Source of the DNA: Macrostomum lignano
Lineage: Eukaryota
Direction: 5' to 3'
DNA length: 64,000 nt
Assembly: GCA_002269645.1 (NCBI GenBank)
Contig: NIVC01000620.1
Location: 62,001 to 126,000, forward strand
Shown: in pieces, positions 62,684 to 64,000 of the stretch
Position numbering within the stretch: position 1 is the first letter of the stretch
Layout: every line of letters begins with the position of its first letter
Notes under the pieces: generated by a model
What the model saw: only the letters and a program-made list of their open reading frames with translations
What the model was told of the DNA's origin: nothing
Database searches by the model: none
Made by a program: the position numbers and the translations under genes

Positions 62684-64000
62684 CTGTTGCAGCTGCCCGG
62701 GCCTTAATGACTGGTCTTACCTACACGCTATGAGAAACTGGGGGGAGGCTTAGCTTTCTGCTTTTTTATAGCCCCAATGAAAGCAACTGCATGAAATTTC
62801 ACAGAAGCTAGTATACGAAATACGTGTACAATAGTGAGAAGGGAATCAGAAATCGTCTAACAAATAATAAAGTTGTTGGTGCTGTATTAACTCAAGTTAC
62901 TAATGAAGTACAAAGTAAAGTAAAGTAAGTAAAAAGTAAAAAGTAAAAAGGTGCACAAAGTAAAAAGGTGCAAAATTAAAGTTACTTTTTAAAGACACTT
63001 GGGCAACGAACCCTGGTTCGATTCCCACCGTGAGGGGCCGCATTCATTTGGCGCTTGTGTGCACAAAATTTGGCCCAGTGAGTTTGCGATTCACAGACTG
63101 TAAAATTTTCTCTTCGCACTTCAATGAAATAGAGCTCATAGTTAAACAAAAAATTTTCCTGTTGACAAATCCTTTGTTTTCAACGTTTTAACTAATTATG
63201 AAGCAATAAATGGTTACAGTTAAATAAATAGAATTTTCCGTCCTCTAATGAAGACACCAAAAAACTGGCTTGAACTCATAAATTTTACTGACACTGTTAA
63301 TCTTAGAGCAAAAACGGAAGTAGCTTACAAGCGCAACCTTGATGTCATTGTACATTATATTAATGACATCATGACGTCACCTAAAGATATGAAATATAGT
63401 TTTCCGTTTTTCACGTCAATAGACAAATACCACCAATACTCATGATGCTCCACCTTAGTGGTCGCAGCGTAAGGTCTATAATTAGGGTAGGGTCAGGCAT
63501 TGGCTAATTGTAGCCGGGAGCTTTAGGTGCTCGTCGCAAAGAAACTATATTTTATTGGCTGAAATACGAGCATAGATATTTAAAGGCAAAAATAAGATAG
63601 AAAAATATTACTTTAACTACTGAATGAGTTACAACGTTTACCGCAAAACACTCAGCGCTAGTATATACGAGGAGTCAACTACTAGCACAAAAAGCTTACG
63701 ACAATGTCGCTAATTTGTTTCTGGCAAGTAATCAAGTACAGAAATAGAAGTTAAGTTCTCCTTGATCAAAAAAGAGCCATTTTTGACTTATCAATCTGAC
63801 TGTCACTGCGAAATGAACGATGCATCCTATTCAGACCGCAAACACACATTACAGTGTACCATCGCACCCATTGTTGAAAAGTATCCAGGAACACAATTAC
63901 CCCCCAAAAGTTTTTATTCTTAGACAAAAATTGCAGCCCTCCCGTGAGAAACTGCCGATAGCAGCATCACAGTGATGGAGCACACAGTGTGCAGATTCTC

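Noticed and set aside
63005-63040. GGTTCGATTCCC B-box suggesting a tRNA gene (also in the SINEs)
   Set aside because: No cloverleaf or acceptor stem could be formed by eye. More likely a SINE remnant.

Overview
Eukaryotic (animal) genomic DNA. There are no operons, rRNA, tRNA genes or CRISPR arrays. The intronless GC-rich ORFs and the RTE/LINE content resemble a free-living flatworm such as Macrostomum, which is inference only. The window is a rearranged tandem array of one multi-gene cassette: [PAN/Apple + LamG-like secreted gene ->] [conserved upstream region + PAN-like + C-type lectin secreted gene ->] [G-rich VNTR] [orphan last exon of WDR83/MORG1 ->] [<- 'gene A': B-box-like Zn motif + coiled coil + NHL/beta-propeller-like domain]. 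It holds 7 gene A copies (2 intact), 4 lectin copies (3 intact), 2 PAN-LamG copies (1 intact), 4 WDR83 exon copies and one probable two-exon WSC+PAN gene at the right end. The lectins are nearly invariant in the N-terminal half but strongly diverged in the sugar-binding loop. The gene A copies are mosaics and carry a variable-length Tyr/acidic tail. Many nested, mostly defective transposons sit between cassettes: a Gypsy with a nested LINE, two Crypton-type tyrosine recombinase relics, a solo LTR, P-superfamily elements, Tc1-like, hAT, piggyBac, I-group and RTE LINEs and tRNA-derived SINEs. An 8-mer (CCATAGAC/GTCTATGG) recurs at the ends of several unrelated elements. All family assignments come from motif recognition by eye, not from database searches.
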